NCBI GenBank assembly: GCA_965637545.1 | Contig: OZ281497.1 | Span: 14,012,001 to 14,076,000 of the forward strand | DNA length: 64,000 bases | Direction of reading: 5' to 3' | DNA from: Phallusia mammillata | Lineage: Eukaryota | Part shown: positions 25,801 to 36,634 of the stretch, piece after piece | Layout of the letters: the number at the start of each line of letters is the position of its first letter | Numbering within the stretch: position 1 is the first letter of the stretch | The notes under the pieces: generated by a model | Database searches by the model: none | The model's input: the letters and a program-made list of their open reading frames with translations, nothing else | What the model was told of the DNA's origin: nothing | Made by a program: the position numbers and the translations under genes

Positions 25801-28800
25801 GCCGGTGAGTTTCTCAATTCCAGAATGCAAGCATGGAGAGTTGGAACTGCTGTGCTGAAACCCGCATTTCCCAAAGCCCGAAGAGACAAGATAATTTTGC
25901 GTTTTTCCATCTCGTTCGTTGTGTGACAGTTGGTTCCCAAAGGTTGCTAGAAAAGACATGTGGCGGTAAAGAATGTTTTTTCTCAAATTTAGCAAGCGAA
26001 GACTGCTTTATCTCATATAAACGGTGCATTTTGAGAAAAGTAATCAGGGGATACCGAAATCGATTGCAGTACAAAAACAACCATGTAGTGCAATTTTACA
26101 TCAACTGGCAAGATAAGTATGTTTTTAAAAGAGTTGTTGTAAAGAAATTTAATCCGGAATTAAACCCAAGTCTCCTGCTGCGCCCTTTGTCCCATCACAA
26201 CGTGTTTTTGACGTCGCACTCAAGGTGATTAACAGAGCAGCTCTGTTCGTGCCCCGGAGACAAGGTAGATCCGTTTGAATCTAATCACCGCTGTTCCGTG
26301 ATTGACGTGCCGCACAATAGAACAGCAGAAACCCGAGATATACAACTGTCGCCAACGCAAGGTAAACAGTCCGCTATTACAACATAAACAAAACTCACCT
26401 GCAGGGCGGCGATCGCTTCTTGCACAGCTCCTGTACGTTCGCATCGCGGGTTGTTCTTACAGAATCGATAAACAAGAGATCCCAAGGTAAGGTACGGCTC
26501 TGGTTTAGACTGCTCCGCCCCTTGGATCAACGGCTGCAATAATAGAATAGTTCAATATACATTTCGAAGCTTAATTGGGGCACAAAAATGGCGTGTTTTG
26601 TTCCCGTTTCAGTACTACCGGTATATTTTTTAAGAACACTTTGCTTGGAAAACGGATTTTCTAAATTGGCTGATTATCGCCGAATTAAAACTCATAATCA
26701 CAAAATATGAAAAAAGCTCACGATCATAGCGGTTATCATTTCATGTGTTGGTTGGGCAATAAAAGACATCGAACTCATCCAAGATGATTTCTGCGCTTCG
26801 TCGACATTGTGGGAGGAGATCAACTCGACAATCAACTGCACACAAGATTCCTTGTCGCACATCGAAAGCGAATCCACGAACAGTTGTCTGCAATGATAAC
26901 CAAACGATTAGTAACTGTTAATGCAAGGCAAGCATATCGTTTTTTGTAGAAGAAAGCAAATGGGTCAATTATTGAAATACTGATTTAAATCGGCATTTCT
27001 ATTGAAGTCAAAAAGAGGTGGTTACATATATTGTCAAGTCAAGGAGCTAAACGGGTTTTGTTGTGTTTCAAATAATATTTCCGTAATGATGGGTATTTAC
27101 AATTGGACATATAATTTAGATAGCGCAAAGATCTTTATCATTCATTACCGCCCTATAAACCAAATTGCCTGATGACCCACCGCAGTGCAGATGCCACACT
27201 ACACCACGACCTGGGGCGGGTCATAAAAATCGTAATTAGTCGCGTCGAAACAATAACGTGTTCGCGCAGATGAGACACGACAAGTACTTGTAAGTGAGTA
27301 AATAACTGGGATCAGCACAAGCAAATCTTGCACTTACCTAATCTTGTCTTGGTAAGAAGAACAAACAGAGCCGGCGACGACCGCGTCCCAAACGTTGCGA
27401 AGTCCTGATTGGGTTAGACCCTTCATCGCTGCAACAACTTTGATGTATCCCGCTGGCATTAAGTCTGGTAAAAGTAGAAAACATTTTAATTTGTCTGTGT
27501 TTGAAAATTACCACTTGTTGCTGAAAATAAATGTACCAGATGGAGAATTTGGAGAGATCAAGTCACACATCTCTTCAAGGGCATTGGTCAAAATGTCGGT
27601 ATTTTCAGATATCTGATCTTCGCTTGCAACTTCTTCAAAACTTAGTGTTGTACGACGGACATCATCCTCGTTTAACACTGGAAGAGAAATCAAACCCAAT
27701 AATCTCAAACTAAATATGTATTGAAATAAAATGCACGCAAACCTAATGGAAAATATTACTGACCTTTAGTAGTAACTTCGCTTTCACGAACGTTTAACAA
27801 TTCGAGATTCTGTGTCACCACGCTTTCAGCTCCCTTCGATCGATATGAAAAGGGTCTAAATACATGTTTCTCCGTACAGTCAGAACGGGAAAGTACACCT
27901 TCCTGTGTCCATGTTTGGTTGCAGTCTTGCGTGGACTTGAGGAGTGATTTTCTTTGCTACAAAACGTAACGAGTTGCTCCTTACAAGCGGCTTTGCATTA
28001 GGCATCTAACTAAATCTTACCGAATCTGCCTGGTATTTGGCGAAGAGCATTGACGTGTGGTATCTGGTCCTTTCGCCGGTGCACATATTTAAATCTCTGA
28101 TTTTTCTCACAGTGTTAGCAGCACCGGGTCCAGATTCCATCGTGTAGCTCGTCAGACAATTACCAGTGACATCAGTCTGAAATATTGGAAAATATGTTAA
28201 ATACAAAACTGTCTACATGTGGCTCATTGTTATCAAACTTGCTTACTTCGTACGATTCTGTAGCAGCTGGATTGTTTTTAATCGTGTTTTGCATCGCCGA
28301 CAAAAATCCACGTTTAATGTTTAAGGTGGCGGCATCTTCATTGTCATGTGAGCAAAGTTCTTCTATTTTCCCATCTTGCCAACTCAGGTGTAGGGGATAT
28401 TTCGTCAAAGATTCACTGTCAATAAAACATAACGTTAAATTCCATCAAAATGATAAGTATAGTTTATAAAGGATTTATACAACTTTGAATGACTTGGATT
28501 TATTTGTGTTCGAGCCTATTTGCATGTTGGGTGAAATAATCCCAAGCAGGTCTTGGCTTTGTCTGGCACAGCGTGAGTGGCCTAGTTGGGAAATGGAAAC
28601 GACAAGCAGAGACCGGACATAACAGCGCCATGTTACAAGCAGCCATTGTGTTGGGAGCGAAGTCCGACTTGCCCGGTCTAAAGGTCACACCCGGACATCT
28701 GCCGGTCATTAGAGTCGAAGGCGAAAACAACACGCCCATTTCTTCACCGCCAGAAAAGACGTTAATCAAAAAGACTTTTAACAGTTAAACATGTCAAGAG

Positions 28801-30005
28801 GTGTTTTTTTGTGTGAGTTGTTTTCGGTCAGAATGTGTTTACCTGACCAACTGGACCCAAAGTGGACCATTTCATTTAGTACAAACCAGGGGTACACCTC
28901 TTGCAAAACAACCTATTTGCGGAAAACATGTTTTCGTATTGAAATCCCGGTCCTCCAAACCGGGTTAAACGGGTTCGTTTTTCGGAGCCTCGAAAAATGG
29001 GAACGACCAATCAACAAAAAGTATTTACCTCAACATTTCGGTGCTTCCAGTGGATAGGGATGAACTTTGGATGTTTTCGAAATTAACCACGAAGTGACAT
29101 GTTCCCAGCACCTGGACAGCGACATGTGAGCTGAATCCGGCGTTGCCAGTTTGTTGATCCGCGGTTCCACTCACTCTGCTTATTGCAAGGGCTTCATACT
29201 GGTACATGTAGGTTTTACCAGTAGAATATCCCAACACACCAGGGCCTGGGAATAAACATGACATTTTTAGCGAAACATTCGTTACGAGACATTGCGCCTT
29301 TTTATGGAAATGAGTTTCGAAGAGTCTATTATTATTAATAATGTTTAACCTCGAGTAAAAAACACAAACTTGGTTGCATGAAAAGACCGACTTACTATAA
29401 TAATTTTATGCACTTCGTTTGTTGTCGGTTTACCGTACATTTTTTATTTTACAACTTTTGACGAAATTTATGTAGACACAGATTGTTTTAAACTTCTTAC
29501 CTGAACAAGTGAGAGGGCATGTCACTGAATCTTTGTCGATTCTCCCTGAAACAAATTTTACTGAAACTTTAAACGGGTCGCTTATTGTTTTCGCAACTTT
29601 GTGGATAGTACAGTTTTCTCGATTTATGTTTTTAGTCGGTGCATATTCTACAATGCACACAAATAGTCAGTTACCTTAACTCGTTTATTTTTGTTTATAC
29701 GATACATTGTTAAATCTAAATAGTTTACAAAACAACTCTAGATTCTGACAACGATTGGTACGAAATCAATCCTTGTGCCACGGATTTAACCTCATGTTTC
29801 CGAACAATAATAAATTGTCTGCACCAAAGTCATTTTTCTTCGCATCTGCAATCTTAGTAAACACAACAAACATCTGCACAAAAGTAATTGCCTATTCTGA
29901 TAAGATAAGACAAAACTGCTAAATCACGAACTGGGACTAAAATCACGACTTACTTGAAAATCCATTCGCCACTAGCGAAAATAGGACCAACGTCCAGAAT
30001 TCCAT
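1804..30005 (-). CDS. Giant large lipid transfer protein, apolipophorin/apolipoprotein-B-like (LLT/vitellogenin_N domain, furin site, long beta-rich region, VWD, C8-like and VWA-like C-terminus); about 50 coding exons, roughly 6,500 aa
   Basis: ATG at 30005 opens a signal peptide MEFWTLVLFSLVANGFS. LLT motifs follow: CPLTCS..YSTGKTYMYQYE, WQDGKIEELC...LNIKRGFLSAMQN, TDVTGNCLTSY, LRALGNAG, EVNQVGSYIWNH, SFIPRSARLNLTVDLFGGAFNLLEVGGR. RKKR lies at 24725-24736. VWD motifs: IVTFDGKVY..RCAHLLSQD and YHGRVSGLMGSMDNEPEND. C-terminal region has YPFKAASKRNIVMLTCSDC. The last exon ends CANCRC...ICTAC-TAA (1804-1806). Length is an estimate from summed exon sizes. Confidence 0.93.
3944..5488 (-). mobile_element. 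Non-autonomous Helentron-associated (DINE-1/HINE-like) element in the intron that splits the VWD domain
   Basis: Subterminal inverted repeats ATGGGTCCCC (3967-3976) and GGGGACCCAT (5476-5485). Hairpin GTCCCCTTC-agg-GAAGGGGAC (5461-5481) at one end and hairpin GTTTTTGT-aa-ACAAAAAC (3947-3964) at the other. A/G-rich simple repeat at 5387-5440 and internal tandem repeats. Confidence 0.75.
4891..5384. repeat. About 3 tandem copies of a ~157-bp unit inside the Helentron-type element
   Basis: CATGGACCATCTTTAGACCAATA recurs at 4976, 5134 and 5291 (periods 158 and 157). Confidence 0.9.
7193..7674. mobile_element. hAT-type MITE in an intron of the lipid transfer protein gene
   Basis: TIRs TAGTGATGTACCGAAT and ATTCGGTACATCTCTA. 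Exact 8-bp TSD CCTAAAAC (7185-7192, 7675-7682). Dense subterminal TTCGG/CCGAA motifs. Confidence 0.88.
9277..20842 (-). other. Single 11,566-nt internal coding exon (about 3,855 codons) of the lipid transfer protein
   Basis: Stop-free 3871-aa ORF (9262-20877) bounded by a phase-2 acceptor (ctgtag|A at 20842) and a phase-0 donor (CAG|gtaagt at 9277). Both phases fit the neighbouring exons. Confidence 0.9.
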
Positions 30006-30156
30006 GTTTGTGACTTCAGTTGTTTGTTCCCTTGGGGAAATTGCTTGCTTCACAGTATACTTTTTATCATTGAAGAATAATTCAACATTCAACGGTCATC
30101 CAATATCTTGGTAAATCAAGTTTGTACATCGACATCCAGTGAAAACGTTCCACTAC

Positions 30157-30240
30157 CTTATCAGACAATTACGCAGAGCGTCTTGTCGTCTCACAATGCT
30201 CCTTTGCTCCTTGCAACCAATCGACGGCTTTATAAAGGCG
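30157..30240 (-). promoter_or_regulatory. TATA-box promoter and non-coding first exon of the lipid transfer protein gene
   Basis: TTTATAAA at 30229-30236 in a GC-richer context. Donor AAG|gtagtg at 30157 and acceptor ccaag|G at 30030, 25 nt before the ATG. TGATAAG GATA-type sites at about 30158 and 29898-29910. Confidence 0.6.
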
Positions 30241-31210
30241 GGATGGAGGAGAAAAAATGCGAGCTTGTAAAATAAAGAAAGGTGGTGAAAACAGGCCTCG
30301 CACGCGGCGCATAATAAAACAAAGAAACGTTCCTATGTGACCTGTATTTGTAGTCACTGCACAACAAAAAATTTCCACTTGCTAGTCCCGTATTTTTTGG
30401 CAATTTTAGTTGACATTTATGTATTTTATGTGTTGTTTTTTATGCGAACAGTAAGTCTATTTTTAGGCAATATTTGCGAACAGAGTCGACTCGTTTTCTG
30501 AACATTTAAATTAAGCAAGTAAATATACCGTTTTGTAACTACAATTGTATTTGCATAAATATAAACCTACTTCTTTACCACGTTGACACAAAAAGGTTAA
30601 AACACACTGTTTTTTGTATTGGTACATTTTTTAGGTTGTTTTCACATAAGTAAAGCAGGCCAACAGGATTGTTTATCAACAAAAATGTGTTTTTCAAGTC
30701 CAATCACATTAAAAATATTAGGATGGCCTAACACAGTGGTTCCCAACCTTTTTTTAACGCGACACAAATACTTACCAAAATTTAGTTTTGTGGTTTCTCG
30801 CGACCCATGCACATGCTATTTTAGTTGTATGTTTGTCTGTAAGATAGGAAAGTTTTTTGAAAATTACTACGCCAGTTTAGCAAATCAATAACCTTACAAC
30901 GAACAAACGCTGTTGTTTTTTACGACCAAACATTTCCATTTATTCCGAACTTGGAGCTGAATCGAGGCATTATTTGTCAGACAACGCTCTACTGTGAGCT
31001 AACACATCACTTTATGACGTCACAAACAGTTTTAACCACACAACGAAAAGTTGTGATGAAGTTATTATTGGGCAACAATTTAAAGCCCTGGGTAATATAA
31101 AAGTAACGCTACGAGGCGTCAAAAAGTAGATGCTGTAGTTGTCACTAAAACAAGCGACCCAACAGAATGTTCAGGCGACCCAACTTTGGGAGACGGGCAT
31201 GCGAGCGTTT

Positions 31211-31481
31211 TTTGCACAATGTGCTCGAAAATGTGCAGGTCGAAATGTGCGCACATTTTTCGAAAATGTGCAGGTGCCAAAATGTGCAGGTCAAAATGTG
31301 CGCACATTTTTTGAAAATGTGCAGGTGCCAAAATGTGCAGGTCAAAATGTGCGCACATTTTTTGAAAATGTGCAGGTGCCAAAATGTGCAGGTCAAAATG
31401 TGCAGGTGCCAAAATGTGCAGGTGAAAATGTGCAGGTGCCGAAATGTGCAAGTCATAATGTGCAGGTGCCAAAATGTGCAG
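31211..31481 (+). repeat. Left arm minisatellite: AAAATGTGCAGGTC / AAAATGTGCAGGTGCC / AAAATGTGCGCACATTTT units
   Basis: Directly visible 14-, 16- and ~21-nt units. They account for the repetitive ORFs at 31119-31514. Confidence 0.95.
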
Positions 31482-32004
31482 TCGCTCAAATGAAGTATTG
31501 ATATTTAACGTCAAACTATTGTTGTGGTCATAAATTGTGCCAAAAATATTAGTTATAAGTTATGACCTATAAATTAAAATCGGATTTAAGAGAAACTTGT
31601 AAAAATGCATGTTGTGTTTGTTAGATATGGCAAAGCGTGAAATTATCTAGCATTCAGGAAATAGGAAACACTGTTTTTCAGACTAGATATGTACACGATC
31701 GTCACCTCAATCGGTTTGACTTTATTGTTTTTAATTTAAGGCCTGTTAGCTTGTAGCCTGCCCAGCTTCTATAGATTTTACAATTAGACAATAGTATACT
31801 CATATGACAGTCCAGCTATTGTTTCCGTCACGCTTGATTAACACTACACGCTTGTCGGATGCTTGCATTGAGTTTGGTGCTTTAAGAGCAAGCAAATGAC
31901 AAAGCTGGGCTTGTATGGTCAGATTTATGCATCTACCCTGTATAATGTTACTACGTGGTTGTGATTGTGCTGTTGGAGAGTATTTAATGTACGTTTTATC
32001 TTTT

Positions 32005-32780
32005 TAGTACTTCTTTAAACGCTTTGAAGTGATTTTACCTAACATATTAAAGGGTGCATAAAGTTTATTACTAATTGATTTAAAGTCTGGTAAAAATAGA
32101 ACTTTCCTAACTGGCTGTATCTTTGAACTGATGTTCAACGACTTTGGCCTCGACCAGGAACTCTGGACAGACGAAAGGTCAAGCTTGAACAAAGATCATG
32201 TTTTTTTCCAAAGTTACTCATTTTAAACTGTCAACAAAGGGTAAATTTTGTGAATAAAAAATTAAGTTTATTTGAAGAAAAATTCAAGGCACCAAAACAA
32301 TTGCTAGACATCATAACCACCAAGGAAACTGGTGCAGAAAACACAAGTCAAATTGCTATGATAAGTAACAAAGAGTTAGACACAACAGAGTATTTATGAG
32401 GATATGTTTTTTCAAGGCAAAAAACTAGTTTACGGAAGTTATCAAAATTGTCAGCATGTTGTCAACCATGCGACCACAGGGCCAGCTGATTTCTTTAGTG
32501 GAGCCAAAGTCTGGAGGTCTCGCTTATCCTTTTATGAGTTACTGCAACTTTTACAAAGTGCGTAAATGCCTGACAGGATGTTTACGGCCAGCCAACAAGC
32601 TAGATTTTTACTGCATTGCAAAAGTTACACTGATCCTCACAGAGTTTCCAAAAAAGACATATGTGAAATTCTAGAAGTTGCTGGACTACCATATGAGTAT
32701 ACTGTTATTAAACTCAAAACCAAGTCAAAGACCCAGCTGTCCAGTGATTTTTATTCAATGAAACAAATGAATTATTAGAA
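32005..32780 (+). pseudogene. Decayed transposase-like remnant (P-element/THAP9-type C-terminal motifs)
   Basis: EYL*GYV (32388-32408), then CCQPC, then after a frameshift LISLVEPKSGGLAYP. This resembles the YIAGYV..CxxC..GGLxxP pattern I recall from invertebrate P-like transposases. In-frame stops and frameshifts are present. Confidence 0.45.
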
Positions 32781-33733
32781 AGTTTTCCATCCTTTGGGTT
32801 ATACTGCACAATTGACAAAAGGACTATATATGTGTCTTTGGAAGAAACTCAAATGACAACATTCAAAAAGAAAAGGACAACCACACAGTTGCCCAACTTA
32901 ATGTTTGACATTTTTTATTTGTTTGAGGCTCATTTACATGACATAACTTGGTATATGGGTATTTAATTAGGTTAGTTTTGAAACCCACACAAATACTTGA
33001 TGTGATGCCCTAATTTTAAGTTTGCTAAAACATTCATGTTATTGCTTCTGACTTGCTATTGTGTGGACCAGATGGCTAAAAAGACCTACTGTAGGAATAT
33101 CATAATACACCAAAATATCATTAGATGCTTTTGCAAAATTTGTAATTGTTTCCTGACTAATATACAGAAACTAGATGATTGCCATTATGAACGAAAAAGG
33201 TGTATGTTTCATGTGGGATTGCAAATAAATAAACAAACTAAATCTGGCGTGAACAATTAGAGAGATAAAGAGACTGAAACAGCCAGAAAGAATATTAGGA
33301 TAGGGAAAATATTTTTTTGAGACCGCTGTGGGCATTCTGTATTATATTTTTGGTAAAAAATATGTACAATGGTAACAAAACGGGTTTAGAAAAGGATAAT
33401 ACTGAGATGTCATGAAAAAAATGATGGATGTGCAATGCAAAAGTATAAGTTCTCACCATTTATATAGGCATCAGTTATTTACCACTGCATTTGTTTGAAA
33501 CCACATTGTATTTTCAGTTATTTTTGCCCTGAAGGGTCATATTCTGTTCAGTTAAAAAACTTAATCCACTGCATTTAACAAGAAAAATAACATACCTATA
33601 TAAGTTAATTGATTTGCACAGAACACTATTTAAAATAAAAATGCAGGGAAAGATATATAATAATTATGTAATTGGGACAAAAAATTGTTTGTGTGAAAGG
33701 GACAGAAAGACTTTTTTAGTATGAAAGGGAGAA

Positions 33734-34144
33734 ATTTTGGCACCTGCACATTTTGACCTGCACATTTTGACCTGCACATTTTGACCTGCACATTTTGACC
33801 TGCACATTTTGGCACCTGCACATTTTGACCTGCACATTTTGGCACCTGCACATTTTTACCTGCACATTTTGACCTGCACATTTTGGCACCTGCACATTTT
33901 GACCTGCACATTTTGGCACCTGCACATTTTGACCTGCACATTTTGGCACCTGCACATTTTCGAAAAATGTGCGCATATTTTAACCTGCACATTTTGGCAC
34001 CTGCACATTTTGACCTGCACATTTTGGCACCTGCACATTTTCGAAAAATGTGCGCACATTTTAACCTGCACATTTTGGCACCTGCACATTTTCGAAAAAT
34101 GTGCGCACATTTCGACCTGCACATTTTGGCGCACATTGTGCAAA
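33734..34144 (-). repeat. Right arm minisatellite, reverse complement of the left arm with more units
   Basis: GACCTGCACATTTT, GGCACCTGCACATTTT and AAAATGTGCGCACATTT units. Confidence 0.95.
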
Positions 34145-35246
34145 TTCTTGCCGTAAGCCCTGTTGAACTTTGGGTCGCGACCCATAGGTTGGGAACCACT
34201 GGCCTAACAAGTGCTGTCAATAACACACCGATACATTAGTTTGATCAATGACGGCAGACTTGTTATTGCCAGTATTTCATTGATTGTGCGTCAAACCTTA
34301 CACAAGGCTGTAAAATCAATAGAGTTATAAAATTATTATCTCGTAAACCCCGACACTAGCAGAGATCAATAAATTATAAACGAAGGCCATGACAAAAGCT
34401 GGTTGGAACAACAACTTTACTTTCGTTGTTTTGTTCGCTTCTTAAAACCTGCGCAACTACTGGAGATGAAGAAATGTGCTTTCATTACAATCGAAGCGGA
34501 ATCTCACGCAGTTTACCCTGGACAGAAAAGTGTGTAAATCCAACATCAAGGCCCGAGTTGACCTCATTAGACATGTGAAACGTACACACAGGTTTCTGCA
34601 AACCAGCTTATCAACTAAAAGTACTGGTCGTTCGGGGGTCAACGTAGGAACAGTCAAAAGCGATTAAGCGCTGTCGGCCTGACACATGCGGTTTATAAAA
34701 TGTCCGACAATACGCATAAGTTGAAAACCACACGGTTGCCGCATGGATAAACAGCAGTTTTACCCTCCATAAAACTTAAGCGAACACGTTCTTACATTAT
34801 AGTTTCTAAACTAATCCCTGGAAATGTCTGGAAATGTATATACCCCATGAATTCAATTTTTAGAGGATTTTTTACGCGATCTTCGCACGAAAAGTTGAAT
34901 TTTCTAAAGCCATCTTGATATTCTTAGTTTTGGGGTAAAATATCAAGTATTTTTCATGGGCTAGCAACAGTTTGAGGTAGGGGCTTGGAAAATCACAAGT
35001 AAGTTTGGTGCAGTCGACCAAACGAGTGGTTTCGAATCTTTACAAACATCCCGAACCTGTTTTTGTGTAAACTGTATCTAAACTGTAACTTGCATCTAGT
35101 TGTTGCATTGCAGAAGTTTGTTTTGTTGTGTTCTTTTTTTGTGTTCTTTAAATCAAAAACAAACTACAGCGTTCTCATAAACAATGCAGTCAAAAATTTT
35201 TGTTGAACACAAAAAAATTTCTTCCACGTACACGTTTATACGCACA

Positions 35247-35500
35247 GAGTAGTAAGTCGGACCGGGCTTTTTCGGCCAGGTTTCTTAAAAAAACGGGCCT
35301 GATTCGGGCACGACTTCTCACTCTGTGTTGGTATTTTTTTGAATAAATCTAACTGTTTTTGGTGTCTTGGTCTTTTTTGAGGCTTTAATGTATAGGCCTG
35401 TCAATCAAACTTTCTGACCTAACGTTCTTCTCAAAAACGATTCAGGCTCGGGCCGGGTTTCGGGCTTGTACTTTCGGGTTCGGGCTCAAATTTACACATA
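35247..35500. mobile_element. Degenerate MITE remnant with CGGGC/GCCCG subterminal motifs
   Basis: Clusters of TCGGGC/CCGGGC at both ends of an AT-rich core. No clean TIR or TSD pair found. Confidence 0.4.
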
Positions 35501-36634
35501 CCATAAGCAAAAAGCGTCGATTTAACTGACAACCCTGCGTCCTTCCCTGCACAACTAGATGACGGATTATCAAAATCGCATTACGTACATTGCGGGATAC
35601 CGGCAATAACCGTTCCAGTCTTGCAACTTCTCCATTGTCCGGTTTGCGTTTGACCTAAACCAGTTTTATGCTCTGTCACACTTCGCACTTTGCTTTTAAT
35701 TACTTAAATTTTATTGCCAGCTTTGGCTGTGCTAAAAGCGTATTAATTAAATAGATGGGCAGTCAAAGTTGAATTGCACATTTACTTGGTTGGTAACTGC
35801 AAAAATGTCTCTCATAAAATCCTGATTATATGCAAAGGTGTCCAAATCTGTTAATTAAAATGTTTTGTCAAGGGCCAAGCATTACAGGTCATTTGCAAAA
35901 CCCCGGTTTTTGTTTTTGAAAACCGACTTATTTCTGATTTTGATCTTACATTATTTAATTCCCTGGTCGCATACACGAGTGGTCAAAATGTCGTTGTTCG
36001 ATGCTGAACACTTGTTGCTCCCGTAACTATAGATTAGTTGATTAGTCTAAGTTGAATATCTGACTTGTGCTATAACTCATCCATCTCAGATTTAACACTT
36101 CATTAGGATTTATTTTATTTTGTGAACATCTAAGTAAAAGCATTAATAATTTTCATTTTGTACAGTCAAGATGTGCTTTACAGTGCAACAAAGCATTTGA
36201 AGAAGAGAATAAAGGAAACTACTAAATTTACATCAAACTAAATAACCACAATGGCGACACAATGTTACTATGGCACTTAATTACTCTAAGCGAACTTGTT
36301 ATGTGGCCACATATTTAGTTCCAAATTCACACATCACCAAAGACAAAATACTGTCACAACATACAAGACGTTGTTGCTACATAATAGGCAAGTTATTCAA
36401 ACACACATAATTTTCTATGTGAGGTTTCAGAGGCCATGAGGTTTTGAAAAGCAAATAAAAATGTTTGTTAAAATATTGAAAATAAATTTTAGATTGATAG
36501 TTAGTGAATAGTTAGAACTTTTTGGGGCAGATTAAGTGGTATTTGTGAAAAGTTTGAAAAAAGAGTTCAAATGTTCATCAAATTTGGTGACATAGATTTG
36601 CTACAAGAAACACCACAACTCAAACAGCAATTAA

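Larger units (their letters stand above)
31190..34165. mobile_element. Foldback-type DNA transposon (long inverted arms of short tandem repeats) nested in the hAT element; possibly P/Galileo superfamily
   Basis: Duplicated target AACTTTGG(G) at 31182-31189/90 and 34166-34173/74, which interrupts the hAT right end. The two arms are inverted copies beginning TTTGCACAATGTG, 21 nt inside each terminus. The interior holds decayed coding remnants. Confidence 0.75.
30734..34201. mobile_element. hAT (Charlie-like) non-autonomous element carrying a nested insertion
   Basis: TIRs CAGTGGTTCCCAACCT and AGGTTGGGAACCACTG. Exact 8-bp TSD GCCTAACA (30726-30733, 34202-34209). CGCGACCC subterminal motifs. Confidence 0.9.

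Noticed and set aside
1804-30005. Calling the gene vitellogenin or APOB
   Set aside because: No polyserine tract was seen, the motifs are apolipophorin/apoB-type, and the VWD domain is retained. Orthology cannot be fixed without a phylogeny, so no symbol is given.
31119-34239. Repetitive ORFs (KCAGQNVQVP..., HILAPAHFD...) and a possible CRISPR-like array
   Set aside because: These are translations of a minisatellite that is open in several frames on both strands. Units abut with no unique spacers, there are no cas genes, and the context is eukaryotic.
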